A stretch of 64,000 nucleotides of DNA from the NCBI GenBank assembly GCA_965237525.1, contig CBDEFO010000008.1, forward strand, positions 512,001-576,000, given 5' to 3'. The DNA is from Candidatus Latescibacterota bacterium (GTDB lineage: Bacteria > Latescibacterota > CBDEFO01). A program made the translations under genes and the position numbers. Below the pieces are notes generated by a model that had not been told where the DNA came from, made no database searches, and was given only the letters and a program-made list of their open reading frames with translations. This document shows, one piece after another, positions 20,124 to 30,148 of the stretch. Each line of letters starts with the position of its first letter. Within the stretch, counting starts at the first letter, position 1.

Positions 20124-21326
20124 TCAATCTAGATTCCTGTCATGATCCCACAGGTACTTCGCTCCATCGGGCGTCGTCTCCACAATGTCTTCAATCCTCA
20201 AGCCTATGCCTTGGTCTTTTATATAGATCCCCGGTTCGCAGGAGTGGCATGCTCCCTCTGGCAGCACTACGCCCTCTACGTTAGGGTGCAAGAAAGGAGG
20301 TTCGTGGCTCCTAAGGCCGCTTCCGTGTCCCGTGTGGTGGGGGAAGTATTCGCCGTATCCCGCCTCCGTGATCACCTTCCTTGCAGCGGCGTCTACCTCT
20401 TGACCTGTAGCGCCCGGCTTGTCCGCCTCCATCGCCTTCTTTTGAGCCTCGGCAACTACCTCCCATATTTCTCTTTGTTTTTGGGTCGGTTTTCCAACCG
20501 AGTAGGTGCGCGTCAGGTCAGACCAGTATCCATCTAACATACCGTGCAGTTCGATCACGACTAAGTCCGATTCTTTCACCTTCCTGTGTGTGTTGAAATA
20601 CATCACGCTCCAGGCTGTACCTGTCCTTTGGCCTGTAGCTACATGCGCGAAGCCCCTCCACCTTTTGGCGCCTTCTATGTCTGCGCCCCCCAGTGTGATA
20701 GCCGATTCTACAGCTACGGCTATCTCCGCTTCAGTCATCCCCGGATGGAGTCTTTCTTTGCAGGCTAAGTTCCCCTTTGCCGTCATCTTGGCTGTCTTCC
20801 TCATTTTCTCAAGCTCATAAGGTGTCTTGGCCCCCCTCAGCTCCATTATAAGCTCGCTTCCGTCCACTAAGTGGGCGCTGGTGACCGCCAAACTTATCTC
20901 ATTGTAGAAGTTGCCAACGGACGGCACGGCTATGATGCCGCAGAAGAGCGGAGTCGAGATAACCTCGAAGCTGCCCTCGTAAGCGATTCTCCCTGATGAG
21001 ATGCCGTGCTTATTTGCCTCATCCCTGATGAACTCCGTGATCCGTGCTTTAGGATCGTCACCCTCCAAAGGAAAAGCGGGATAGCGTCTCACATCGTCTG
21101 CCCAGCTGTCTTCTACAAATATTTCATCTTCGTAGGACGCCATAACGCTCACGTCCCCATCCTGAGTCACGAAAGCACAGGGGTTATTTACTCCCATGCT
21201 CGGAAGATAACCGCTAAAATAGAGGATATTCTCAGGTATTCTGACCACAATTCCGTCGAGTTGCTTATCCTTCAACACCCTTTTGATTCTCTCGATCCTT
21301 TCGATATCCGCTGTGCCTGTCGCCAC
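20124..21326 (-). CDS. Xaa-Pro peptidase, M24 family
   Basis: GY.SDLTRT, HHTGHG.GL..HEPP, EPGIY, GLRIED. Confidence 0.9.
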   Translation of the reverse strand: MATGTADIERIERIKRVLKDKQLDGIVVRIPENILYFSGYLPSMGVNNPCAFVTQDGDVSVMASYEDEIFVEDSWADDVRRYPAFPLEGDDPKARITEFIRDEANKHGISSGRIAYEGSFEVISTPLFCGIIAVPSVGNFYNEISLAVTSAHLVDGSELIMELRGAKTPYELEKMRKTAKMTAKGNLACKERLHPGMTEAEIAVAVESAITLGGADIEGAKRWRGFAHVATGQRTGTAWSVMYFNTHRKVKESDLVVIELHGMLDGYWSDLTRTYSVGKPTQKQREIWEVVAEAQKKAMEADKPGATGQEVDAAARKVITEAGYGEYFPHHTGHGSGLRSHEPPFLHPNVEGVVLPEGACHSCEPGIYIKDQGIGLRIEDIVETTPDGAKYLWDHDRNLD

Positions 21327-21369
21327 TTGTGGCCTCCTTTGTTTACAAGGCCTTCTCTATTAAGTCTAT

Positions 21370-21385
21370 CCCCGATAGATTCAAT
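21370..21385. repeat. REP-like palindrome, partial copy 3
   Basis: CCCCGATAGATTCAAT. Confidence 0.6.
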
Positions 21386-21398
21386 GGCAGATCAATGC

Positions 21399-23225
21399 CT
21401 ACTCTACAGTTACACTTTTTGCCAGGTTTCTGGGCTGATCCACATCGCATCCCCTCAGTACGGCTACGTGATATGCCAAAAGTTGAAGCGGAATGGCAGT
21501 CAGAAGCGGGGATAGAATCTCGTACGTCTTTGGCACGGGGATAACGTAATCGCACTCCTTTTCTATCTCAGAGTCCCCGCGGGTTGCCACCGCGATGACC
21601 CTTCCTCTTCTGGCCTTAACCTCCCTTATATTGTTCATCACCTTGCTGTAGACACTGTCCTTCGTGACTATTACAACGACCGGCATCCCGTCATTTATCA
21701 AAGCTATGGGGCCGTGCTTCATCTCCGCTGCGGGATAGCCTTCAGCATGGACGTAGGAGACCTCCTTGAGCTTTAGAGCACCCTCCAATGCCACCGGGAA
21801 ATTGTACGATCGTCCCAGATAGATGGCGTACTCCCACCGATAGAATTCTGCTGCTATCTCTCTTATATATGCGTTGAGTTTAAGGATCTCCTCCACCTTT
21901 TCAGGTATCATCTCCAAAGCTGTCATTATCTCCCTTCCCTGTTCTAAAGAAAGATCTCTCATCCTTCCTAAAAAGACGGAGAGGAGAGCCAAGACCGCCA
22001 CCTGGGACGTAAATGCTTTGGTAGATGCCACGCCTATTTCTGGTCCGGCGTGCAGGAATACACCTCCGTCGGTTTCCCTTGCTATGGAACTGCCCACGAC
22101 ATTGCAGATGCCCAGACACACAGCGCCCCTCAGTTGAGCTTCTCTCATCGCCGCTAACGTGTCGGCTGTCTCCCCCGACTGACTTATCGCAAAGGTCACT
22201 GTGTCGGGGGTAATTATCGGATTCCTGTAGCGCATCTCTGAGGCGTATTCTACATCTACAGGGCGGCGGGTCAATTCCTCTATCATATACCGTCCGACTA
22301 ATGCTGCGTGCCAGGCCGTGCCGCAGGCGGTCAGGATAATTCTGTCGGCATCCCTCAGTCTCTCCTTGTTTAGTTCCAAGCCCTGCAGGTGGGCGGTCCC
22401 TTTGCTTTTGTCTATCCGCCCCCTTAGGGTATTGCTCAAGGATTCGGGCTGCTCGAATATCTCCTTGAGCATATAGTGCTCAAATCCGCCCTTTTGTATA
22501 AGGTCAAGGTCCCAATCTACCTTTTCCACCTGTGGAGAGACCACATCCTCGTAGAGTGTGGAGATATGAAACGAGTCCTCCTCAACGACCCCTATCTCTT
22601 GGTCGTTCAGATATACGACCTGATCTGTGTGTCTCAGGATAGCCGACACATCAGATGCCACTATATTCTCCCCATTTCCGATACCTATAACCAGTGGACT
22701 CCCGTTCCTTGCCACGATTATCTGTCCTGGAGATCTTGCCGATATTACGGCTATTCCGTACGTTCCCTCAACATTGTGCAGAGCAAACCGCACAGCCTCC
22801 TTGAGATCACCTTGATAGTACTTCTCTATCAGATGAGCCAGCACCTCTGTATCCGTATCGCTCGAAAATACATGTCCTTCGTCTTGAAGCAGTTTCTTGA
22901 GCGCCAAAAAGTTTTCCACGATCCCATTGTGTACTACAGCTATCTCCGCGTTACAGTCCAAATGCGGGTGAGCGTTCTTTTCCGTAGGTTCCCCGTGCGT
23001 AGCCCATCTTGTATGAGCTATCCCGTATGTGCCTGTCAATTTTCTGCCCTTTGAAAGCCTTTCCAATTCGTGGACTTTTCCTACTGCCTTAATGGTGACT
23101 ATCTCACCATTTTCAGAAAGGGCAAGACCAGCTGAGTCGTAGCCTCTGTATTCCAGCCTCTTGAGACTTTCTAAAAGGACAGGCACTGACATTTCTTTCC
23201 CTATATATCCTACGATTCCGCACAT
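21399..23225 (-). CDS. glmS: Glutamine-fructose-6-phosphate transaminase
   Basis: MCGIVG start, LEYRGYDSAG, HTRWATHG, PRNLAKSVTVE. Confidence 0.98.
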   Translation of the reverse strand: MCGIVGYIGKEMSVPVLLESLKRLEYRGYDSAGLALSENGEIVTIKAVGKVHELERLSKGRKLTGTYGIAHTRWATHGEPTEKNAHPHLDCNAEIAVVHNGIVENFLALKKLLQDEGHVFSSDTDTEVLAHLIEKYYQGDLKEAVRFALHNVEGTYGIAVISARSPGQIIVARNGSPLVIGIGNGENIVASDVSAILRHTDQVVYLNDQEIGVVEEDSFHISTLYEDVVSPQVEKVDWDLDLIQKGGFEHYMLKEIFEQPESLSNTLRGRIDKSKGTAHLQGLELNKERLRDADRIILTACGTAWHAALVGRYMIEELTRRPVDVEYASEMRYRNPIITPDTVTFAISQSGETADTLAAMREAQLRGAVCLGICNVVGSSIARETDGGVFLHAGPEIGVASTKAFTSQVAVLALLSVFLGRMRDLSLEQGREIMTALEMIPEKVEEILKLNAYIREIAAEFYRWEYAIYLGRSYNFPVALEGALKLKEVSYVHAEGYPAAEMKHGPIALINDGMPVVVIVTKDSVYSKVMNNIREVKARRGRVIAVATRGDSEIEKECDYVIPVPKTYEILSPLLTAIPLQLLAYHVAVLRGCDVDQPRNLAKSVTVE

Positions 23226-23272
23226 TGTTTCTCCTCCTCTTTTCCCGAACGGGCAAGGCACTTCGTGCGCCC

Positions 23273-23317
23273 TGTCCCCGATTGAGTGCCCGATTGAGTC
23301 TATCGGGGATCGGGGAC
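23273..23317. repeat. REP-like palindrome, nested double copy 4
   Basis: GTCCCCGATTGAGT[GCCCGATTGAGTCTATCGGGG]ATCGGGGAC. Confidence 0.7.
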
Positions 23318-23412
23318 TTCTTGCCATGCTTCCCTGCCCACTGGCACACAGGTTTCCCCCACATATGTCCGCTCTTTTGTCTTTCCGTGTCTACTGACTA
23401 TGGTCTACTCAT

Positions 23413-24852
23413 TTAGATATTGGCTGCCTCCTTGGCCAATTTTACACATCTTTCTATATTGTACTCCCTGTATATGGTGATCTTCTGCGCCTCTAACGAT
23501 CCTTCCGCGTGTATGGCTAAGATCTCCCCGTAGCCTCCGAAATCCGAAGCGGTCAGGTCCCTTATTAGATTGAACGCCTTCAACCTATCCTCTGTGGAGA
23601 CTCCTTCCTTACCTCCTAAGTACTTATCTATGTAGCTCTTCGTCTGAGGATTGTTCATATCCTCCTCTGAGGGACCTGTTACCAGTAGCCCACCGGCTAT
23701 ATCCTGGACCCAGGACACTGCCTGATGGTATTCGCCTGCGAACCTGAACTTGGCTATATTGGTTACGATCGGGTCGGGAACGGCGATTTTGTCTCCAATA
23801 ATCTTGTGATCTACCGCCGCCGCTTTGCTCAAAGCCCGGATCGTCTCCGTAAAGTTTATCAACCTCATTATCTTCTCTCTTATATGACTTGCTCTATCCA
23901 CACCGTTGTATTCGGCTATTAAGGCTGCGGCGCCTATAAAAAGATCGCCCAGGGGAGGCTTGTAGGAGATCGCCGTGAAGCGATGAAACTTAACAAACGC
24001 TGTGGCCAAGGCACCTGCAAATTGCCAGTCTCCGTTCATAAAGACCCTGTCCCAGGGCACAAACACATCGTCGAAGATGGTCAGACTCTCTGTTAATCTG
24101 TGAGAGAAACTCACCGGATCGTGAAATGCGCTCGAAGACGTCGCTCCGAAGGAACTTGCGACCATCTTGAGTCCTTTTGCGTTGGCGGGCACAGCAAAGG
24201 CTATGGCGTAATCCTTGTCCTCCTGCGACATATTTCTGGTCGGAATCACGATAATTTCATCTACATAGGGAGCGCACGTCGTGTGAGCCTTAGCGCCTCT
24301 AACTATTATCCCTTCGTCTTTTCTTTCGACCACTCTCACGTAATAGTCGGGATGAGATTGCTGTGATGGTATCAAACTCCTGTCGCCCTTGACATCCGTC
24401 TGCGCCACAGCCAGGGAAAGGTCGTTATCCTCACAGTGCTCATGATAGGATCTTACCCTCTCTGAGTAGTCTGTCCCTAATTTTTCATCCATCTCCTTTG
24501 CGATCACAGAAAGAGCAAAAAGAGCGTCTGTGCCTATCTCCTTGATCAAAAGCACGACACCGCCAGATAGCCTGGTGCTCCTTTCGATCATCTCACGGCG
24601 GTTTAGAAGATCCTCAGCATCTCTTGGAATCTTAAAATAGCGGCTTATCAGCTCTCCAGTCTCTGGGATCTTGTAAGTCATCAGATCACTGTGTTCAGGG
24701 TCGTGCGCTAATTTAAAATCCAAAGACACGTGCTCCACACCGACACCTATGTCGGGATGTGCGGTCACATCTTGGACCTTTTCTCCTTTGAAGAAGACCT
24801 CCCGACCATCTCTTAGACCCTCTTTGTATTCCTCAGCGGACCTCAGGCCCAT
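23413..24852 (-). CDS. 4-hydroxybutyryl-CoA dehydratase / 4-hydroxyphenylacetate 3-hydroxylase family flavoprotein
   Basis: AQTDVKGDRS, GIIVRGAKAH, FDDVFVPWDRVF, DIAGG. Confidence 0.85.
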   Translation of the reverse strand: MGLRSAEEYKEGLRDGREVFFKGEKVQDVTAHPDIGVGVEHVSLDFKLAHDPEHSDLMTYKIPETGELISRYFKIPRDAEDLLNRREMIERSTRLSGGVVLLIKEIGTDALFALSVIAKEMDEKLGTDYSERVRSYHEHCEDNDLSLAVAQTDVKGDRSLIPSQQSHPDYYVRVVERKDEGIIVRGAKAHTTCAPYVDEIIVIPTRNMSQEDKDYAIAFAVPANAKGLKMVASSFGATSSSAFHDPVSFSHRLTESLTIFDDVFVPWDRVFMNGDWQFAGALATAFVKFHRFTAISYKPPLGDLFIGAAALIAEYNGVDRASHIREKIMRLINFTETIRALSKAAAVDHKIIGDKIAVPDPIVTNIAKFRFAGEYHQAVSWVQDIAGGLLVTGPSEEDMNNPQTKSYIDKYLGGKEGVSTEDRLKAFNLIRDLTASDFGGYGEILAIHAEGSLEAQKITIYREYNIERCVKLAKEAANI

Positions 24853-25051
24853 TTCAACCTCCTTCATTGGACTACTATTTGACTTTTGGTCAAAATATGG
24901 ACTTAAGTGCAGACAATGTCAAGCTAAAAGATCTGTCCTGACAGCTGCCTCGACTAGGTAGACAGGGGCATCACCTCTGCTCACTGTTTGCTGTGTAGTA
25001 CTGTGGATCTTTGTCATCTCGTCCGGACAATTTTGATGCATTACTTAGTTT

Positions 25052-26683
25052 CTAAAGGTTCATACTTTCCCTGATAAACTGTATGGGAATCCCCCCGAAT
25101 CCTAAAAGAGTGTCGTGGAACTCCTTTAAATTGAAGTCATCACCCATCATCTTTTTATAGTCACTTCTCAACTGCATTATCTGGAGCTTGCCGATAGCGT
25201 AGCTCATAGGCTGTGTCGGACTGTACGTGTACCGTTTTACTTCAGCTATGGCGTTGACCCTTTCGAGTTTAGCTATCTCGACAAGCATAGCCACTGCCTC
25301 GTCGAAGGTCATACTCTTGTTGTGAAGCTTTACGTCTATGACGACTCTGCATCCTCGCCACAACTGATCTTTAAGTTGCAATAGCTTTCCTCGAGGGTCG
25401 CTGTAGAATCCCTGCTCGTGCATCATCTCCTCGCAGTACAACGCCCAGCCCTCGACAAAGACGTTCGTCTGGATTTGCCTTCTTACTATCGACTCGAGAC
25501 GGTTCGAAAGGACAAGTTGCAGGTGATGTCCCGGATAGGCTTCGTGGAGAGCGACTAACGGAATATTGTGTGTGGAGTGACCCTTAAGCTGATCTTCCTG
25601 CTCTTGGCGCGATTTGTTCTCATCCACAGGAGTGACCCAGAAGAATCCCTTCTGTTCTTCTTCGAAGGGAGCAGGCGAGATGTAGGCTGCGTAGGGCACT
25701 GTCGTCCTTTCGAACGCAGGAGTCTCGATTATCTCCAGAAATTGATCGTCCGGTACTGTAACCAGATTCCTTTTGCCGATGAACACCAGTGCCTCCTCCA
25801 TCGCCCGGACGTAAGTTATGATCAGATCGTCCTTTTGAGGATGCGAGTCTTTCATCTCCTCCAGGATTTGTTGCCAAGGTTTTGATCTATCTATCAAAGA
25901 CGCTGTCTCTTCAAGCTGCTGTGTCGTCCCTTCGATTATGTCGGTGCCTATCTTAAGGAGGTCCTGGGATGTGTAGGGTAGACCGTGCTGGACTTCAAGG
26001 AGAAAGTCGAACATCTCCTCTCCGATGGCGTAATGTCCGTTTGAGACTGGCAAGAGTTCGTCTTTAAGGAAGTGGAGATAGCAGTCGAAGGCCTTGAGGG
26101 CTTTTGCATTGTTGTGAAGTATATCTTCCTTCAAATCGGGAACTTTATGTGCCTCCCTCGGTACGAACCCTCCCCAGAATCCATTCCCGGCTTCCGTCAC
26201 TTCGATTGCGACCTCTGTCCAGATTCTGGGGATGTTTTCTCCTTTGATCAGGTTTTCTACTCCCTCTTCCAACAGGTGAGGAACCTCAGCTAACCTCTTT
26301 GAGACGTTTTCCATCCTATCGGATAACGGGGCATAATTCCTCAGCATCATTATGTATGTGCCGTAAAGGGCGATCTCAGGATACAGGCTGGCTTTGCGCA
26401 GATGGGATTGTATCTCTTCATCTTTACTCAATTCGGATCTGATAGCGTTCTTAAGGATTTGACAGTCTATCCTGTCCCCTTCCGATAGCGTGCCGCTATC
26501 AATCTCTTCGAGTTCAGAAAGGTAGGATCTCTGCTGCTCGGTGAAACTTGTATGGGTCTCCTCGTCGAATCTATCTAAAGTATAGTCATATTTGTGTATA
26601 CCCTCGAACGTAGCAGATACAGGGCTTCTCTCCCACCAGCTTTCAATTATTTCCACTGCCAAATCACGAAATTCTATGTCCAT
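25052..26683 (-). CDS. DUF885 family protein
   Basis: HEAYPGHHLQ, FVEGWALYCE, P.Q..SY..GK. Confidence 0.9.
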   Translation of the reverse strand: MDIEFRDLAVEIIESWWERSPVSATFEGIHKYDYTLDRFDEETHTSFTEQQRSYLSELEEIDSGTLSEGDRIDCQILKNAIRSELSKDEEIQSHLRKASLYPEIALYGTYIMMLRNYAPLSDRMENVSKRLAEVPHLLEEGVENLIKGENIPRIWTEVAIEVTEAGNGFWGGFVPREAHKVPDLKEDILHNNAKALKAFDCYLHFLKDELLPVSNGHYAIGEEMFDFLLEVQHGLPYTSQDLLKIGTDIIEGTTQQLEETASLIDRSKPWQQILEEMKDSHPQKDDLIITYVRAMEEALVFIGKRNLVTVPDDQFLEIIETPAFERTTVPYAAYISPAPFEEEQKGFFWVTPVDENKSRQEQEDQLKGHSTHNIPLVALHEAYPGHHLQLVLSNRLESIVRRQIQTNVFVEGWALYCEEMMHEQGFYSDPRGKLLQLKDQLWRGCRVVIDVKLHNKSMTFDEAVAMLVEIAKLERVNAIAEVKRYTYSPTQPMSYAIGKLQIMQLRSDYKKMMGDDFNLKEFHDTLLGFGGIPIQFIRESMNL

Positions 26684-26887
26684 CCTAAGTCTCCTTCGGA
26701 TACTGTCCAATAGGAACTTCAATTGCTGCCGCCACCGCGTATAGTAGTATAGTATAGTTGAAAAATCTGAGAAATCAAGTACTAAGAATTTCTGGCATTG
26801 TCCCACATTTTTTTATGACCGAGAGAATAGAAAATTTCAGGAGATGATATCAGAGACCGCGATGGAATGGGGAAAATTGTCTTTTAC

Positions 26888-26916
26888 TTGACTTCTGCCT
26901 ATCAGATAAATATATT
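26888..26916 (+). promoter_or_regulatory. Sigma70-type promoter for the DUF2294 gene
   Basis: TTGACT-17 nt-TATATT. Confidence 0.6.
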
Positions 26917-27075
26917 ATCCGAAGCATGTTTGATAATTTGCGAAGTGTTCGCTTCGATGATCTGTTCACCGATAGATTGGGGTTTTACTTTTTTTTGTCT
27001 TGCACGCAATTCATCACAGTATCTGGATTTGTGGATCCTACTTTAAGATGGATTCAAGGCGGATAGAAAGGTCAG

Positions 27076-27483
27076 ATGAGGACAGATATGCCCAACTTGA
27101 CCAAGGGACAGATGGAGGATGAGATAAGCAAGGCTATTATCAAATTTCAAAAAGAACACATGGGCAGAGGTCCTAAAGAAGCAAAGACATATATTATCGA
27201 AGATATGATCTTAGTGCGTCTGAAGGAAACACTTACGCCTGCTGAACAGACATTGGGTAACAGTCCAAAGGGAGCGGGATTGATCAAAGAGGTTAAGATG
27301 CAGCTTATGGAGTCATCCCGTCTACTTTTGGAAGATATAATTTGCAACCTTACTGGATGTAAAGTCACCAGCATTCATACTGACATCAGCACGAGGACAG
27401 GCGAGAGGATCATACTTTTCATTCTGGACAAGCGCCTTGAGGAAATTCTCCCTCAAGGGGGCACTTCGTCAAAAAAGTCTTGA
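27076..27483 (+). CDS. DUF2294 / MpsC family protein
   Basis: TKGQ.E..IS, GRGP, LT.AE..L, HTDIST.TGER. Confidence 0.9.
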   Translation: MRTDMPNLTKGQMEDEISKAIIKFQKEHMGRGPKEAKTYIIEDMILVRLKETLTPAEQTLGNSPKGAGLIKEVKMQLMESSRLLLEDIICNLTGCKVTSIHTDISTRTGERIILFILDKRLEEILPQGGTSSKKS

Positions 27484-27508
27484 CATATTAATTTAAATAC
27501 GGTATATT
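27480..27508 (+). promoter_or_regulatory. Sigma70-type promoter
   Basis: TTGACA-17 nt-TATATT. Confidence 0.75.
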
Positions 27509-27523
27509 GGTTACAGTTTTAAT

Positions 27524-27625
27524 TCGGCAGACGAGTTAAATAGCACTCTTGAAAAAGATGGCTTGTTGAAAAGTATGCCGACGCAGAGCCCAGTAGATGG
27601 GTATGTTGCGTCGGTTTTTATTTTT
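27524..27625 (+). promoter_or_regulatory. Attenuator leader (alternative antiterminator/terminator)
   Basis: TCGGCAGAC (27524) can pair with GTATGCCGA (27573), which overlaps the terminator stem GCCGACGCAG...TTGCGTCGGT followed by a T tract. Confidence 0.7.
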
Positions 27626-27665
27626 ATGCAGTACAAACAGATCTTTTCGAGGAGGTGATAAGATA

Positions 27666-27929
27666 CTGTCCGTTAGAGCTTATGTGTTGATAGATGTGGC
27701 GGGCGACAGTGTGGAAAATGTGGTGGAGGAGCTCTCCGACATAGAAGGGATAAAATTTGTCGGCCCTGCAGAAGGACGGTTGCGGGATCTTACTACCCTA
27801 ATGGAATCGTTCGATATTATGGCTCATATTCAGGCAGATGACAGCAATGACTTGGGAGAAGCGATCACATCCCGGGTGAGGAGCATTGCCGGGGTGACAA
27901 AGACGATAACGTGCATAGCAATCGAATAG
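27666..27929 (+). CDS. Stand-alone Lrp/AsnC ligand-binding (RAM) domain protein
   Basis: VRAYVLI...DI.A.I...I...VRSI.GV.KT.TC; probable CTG start after GGAGGTG. Confidence 0.8.
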   Translation: MSVRAYVLIDVAGDSVENVVEELSDIEGIKFVGPAEGRLRDLTTLMESFDIMAHIQADDSNDLGEAITSRVRSIAGVTKTITCIAIE

Positions 27930-28270
27930 AGGTCGGGAGCACCTGGCCGTAAAGGATCATAACTCAGACAACGGTGAAATTGCTTCGAGTTTCACGCTGG
28001 CAAAGACATCAACGACCAAAGCAACCTCGTCAGAGAGTACCGGAGACAGGCAGCAAAACGAAAAGACGTAGAGGCGCTGTCGCGTAGCACAGGATCTTAG
28101 GGGACGGTTCAGTACCTGTTGCATAGAACTATAAACCAGCAATAATGGCACTCTTGGTGCTTTGATAGGAGACAGACGCGGCCCTGCAGCCAGCATTAGC
28201 TAAGACACAAGCAGGGACAATGACTGGTACTGCGAGCAAGAGTGCGGAAATGACATGAAGGGATTATACG

Positions 28271-29680
28271 ATGGCTTGGGAAGATGAAGCAAAAGGAGGT
28301 GTTCAAATCGGTGAGCGGCCCCAGGGCGGTCTAGCTTCGGCTTCAAGAAAGGCTTCGGCTTCAAGAAAGAGCAGGAAATTACGACATATCATAAGAAGAC
28401 ACTCTATCAGGAGGCGCTCGTCGACCAGCAGCAATGACCTCGGCAGCCCTATCAGAAAGGTTGTAGCTTCTTTGGAAAAAGTGTTACATCTGGCGGGATC
28501 CAGAGAGACGACGGAGGAACTAGAGGCCATCAAGGTAGCTGCTGAGGGATCGTTGGGCAAGGTCGAAAGATGGAGACAGGAACTGATTGATAGCATACGG
28601 ACTGTGGATAAACTGCGAGAATATGTAGCGCTGACGCCAGAGGAAGAAGAGAAACTACCGATAGTGCTTAGGAAGTTTCAAATGGGCATTACGCCATACT
28701 ACGCTGACCTCATCGATCTACACGATCCAGACGATCCCCTGAAGAAATTAGTCGTACCCTCAGTCGATGAGCTTAGGGAAGGGGGCCAGTATGACACCAG
28801 CGGAGAGGCAGATAACGTGCAAGTAAGAGGGTTGCAGCACAAATACAGAAATACCGTCTTGCTCTTGCCCACTTCGGTCTGCGCATCTTACTGCAGATAT
28901 TGCTTCAGAAAACGCTTCACTACTGGGTCTATATCAAAACAAGAGACAGGTGTCGATTGGGAAGGCACTCTCGGCTACTTGCGAAGACATAGAGAGGTAG
29001 ATAATGTCTTGATTACGGGCGGTGATCCTCTGATGTTGGTCAACGAAAAGCTGGATTTTATTCTCAGTCAGTTGCGTACAGTAGACCATATAAAGATCAT
29101 AAGGCTCGGCACAAAGCTGCCCGCGTTTAATCCTTTCAGGATATTAGACGATGGTTTTCTGGAGTTGATAAAGAGATATAGTCTGCCGGACAGGAGGATA
29201 TACATAGTTGCGCATTACGATCATCCGAGGGAGCTGACGGCGGAGTCGCTGGAGTGCTTAGATAAGGCCATTAAGGCAGGTGCGCACATTATCAACCAGG
29301 CGGTGTTGCACAGAGGCATTAACGATGATCCGGATGTGCTGAGGGAGCTATTTAGGAGATTGGCAGATGCTGGGGTCGCTCCGTATTATCTCTTTCAGAT
29401 GCGGCCCGTAAAGGGGAGCTTGCACTACCGCGTCCCGATAGCAGAAGGATTGAGAATCTTCGAGGAGTCCAAGAAGGGTCTAGGCGGTCTGGCAAGGACT
29501 GTAAGATACGCGATGTCGCATTATACAGGTAAGATTGAGATATTCGGCACGATAGTGCAAGACGAAAAGGAAAATTTGATCCTTAAGTACCATTCGTGCA
29601 GAGATGAAGAAGATGTGGGAAAGATATTTACCGTTCCGTTAAATGATGAGGCGTGCTGGTTAGACGATTTCTTCGAATGA
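28271..29680 (+). CDS. KamA family radical SAM / PLP protein with basic N-terminal extension
   Basis: HKY, CASYCRYCFRKR, LITGGDPL, PYYLFQ, SH.TGKIEI; start position uncertain. Confidence 0.9.
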   Translation: MAWEDEAKGGVQIGERPQGGLASASRKASASRKSRKLRHIIRRHSIRRRSSTSSNDLGSPIRKVVASLEKVLHLAGSRETTEELEAIKVAAEGSLGKVERWRQELIDSIRTVDKLREYVALTPEEEEKLPIVLRKFQMGITPYYADLIDLHDPDDPLKKLVVPSVDELREGGQYDTSGEADNVQVRGLQHKYRNTVLLLPTSVCASYCRYCFRKRFTTGSISKQETGVDWEGTLGYLRRHREVDNVLITGGDPLMLVNEKLDFILSQLRTVDHIKIIRLGTKLPAFNPFRILDDGFLELIKRYSLPDRRIYIVAHYDHPRELTAESLECLDKAIKAGAHIINQAVLHRGINDDPDVLRELFRRLADAGVAPYYLFQMRPVKGSLHYRVPIAEGLRIFEESKKGLGGLARTVRYAMSHYTGKIEIFGTIVQDEKENLILKYHSCRDEEDVGKIFTVPLNDEACWLDDFFE

Positions 29681-29957
29681 CAAACTGCCAAAAAATGGGA
29701 CGTCGTTTTGCCCTTTTTCGAAGTTCCTTCAGATTTGGTAGGCGAAGTTTTCAACCTTGACCATATAGACTCGCCTGTTCACGATCTGTCAGAAGCCCTC
29801 GGGAAAAGTCTGAAAAGAAACCTAACCAGAAAGAGCGGCCAGATAGATGGTCTAGCGGGAGTTATCCTTGGACCTTCGACCCCTGTAGAGAGCGCATAGC
29901 AGGTTGTGCGGTTTCCAAGTCGGTCACTTCAATTCCAGAAAGGGACAAACCGTGAAC

Positions 29958-30148
29958 ATGGACCTTAAAGATACTATTTGTGAGGAGATCACTAAATTTC
30001 AGGAATTACAGATGGGAATAGTCCCCAGGAAAGCAACTGTCCTGATAGAGGAGGACATGATCGTCGTCCATCTCAAGGAGATGCTTTCTCCTGCTGAAAA
30101 GCATCTGGCTGTAAGCCAGAAGGGCCAAAATTTCCTAAGGGAGTTTAA
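29958..30148 (+). pseudogene. Second DUF2294 gene, disrupted by IS
   Basis: ITKFQ..QMG..P, DMI.V.LK..LS.AE..L similar to 27076-27483; frame runs into the IS end. Confidence 0.8.

Noticed and set aside
23226..23412. glmS ribozyme
   Set aside because: No AGCGCC...GACGAGG core; the visible structure is explained by the nested palindrome
27930..28270. Lysine riboswitch or precursor peptide before the KamA gene
   Set aside because: Only AGAGGCGC matches the riboswitch; the short frames lack a clear RBS/start
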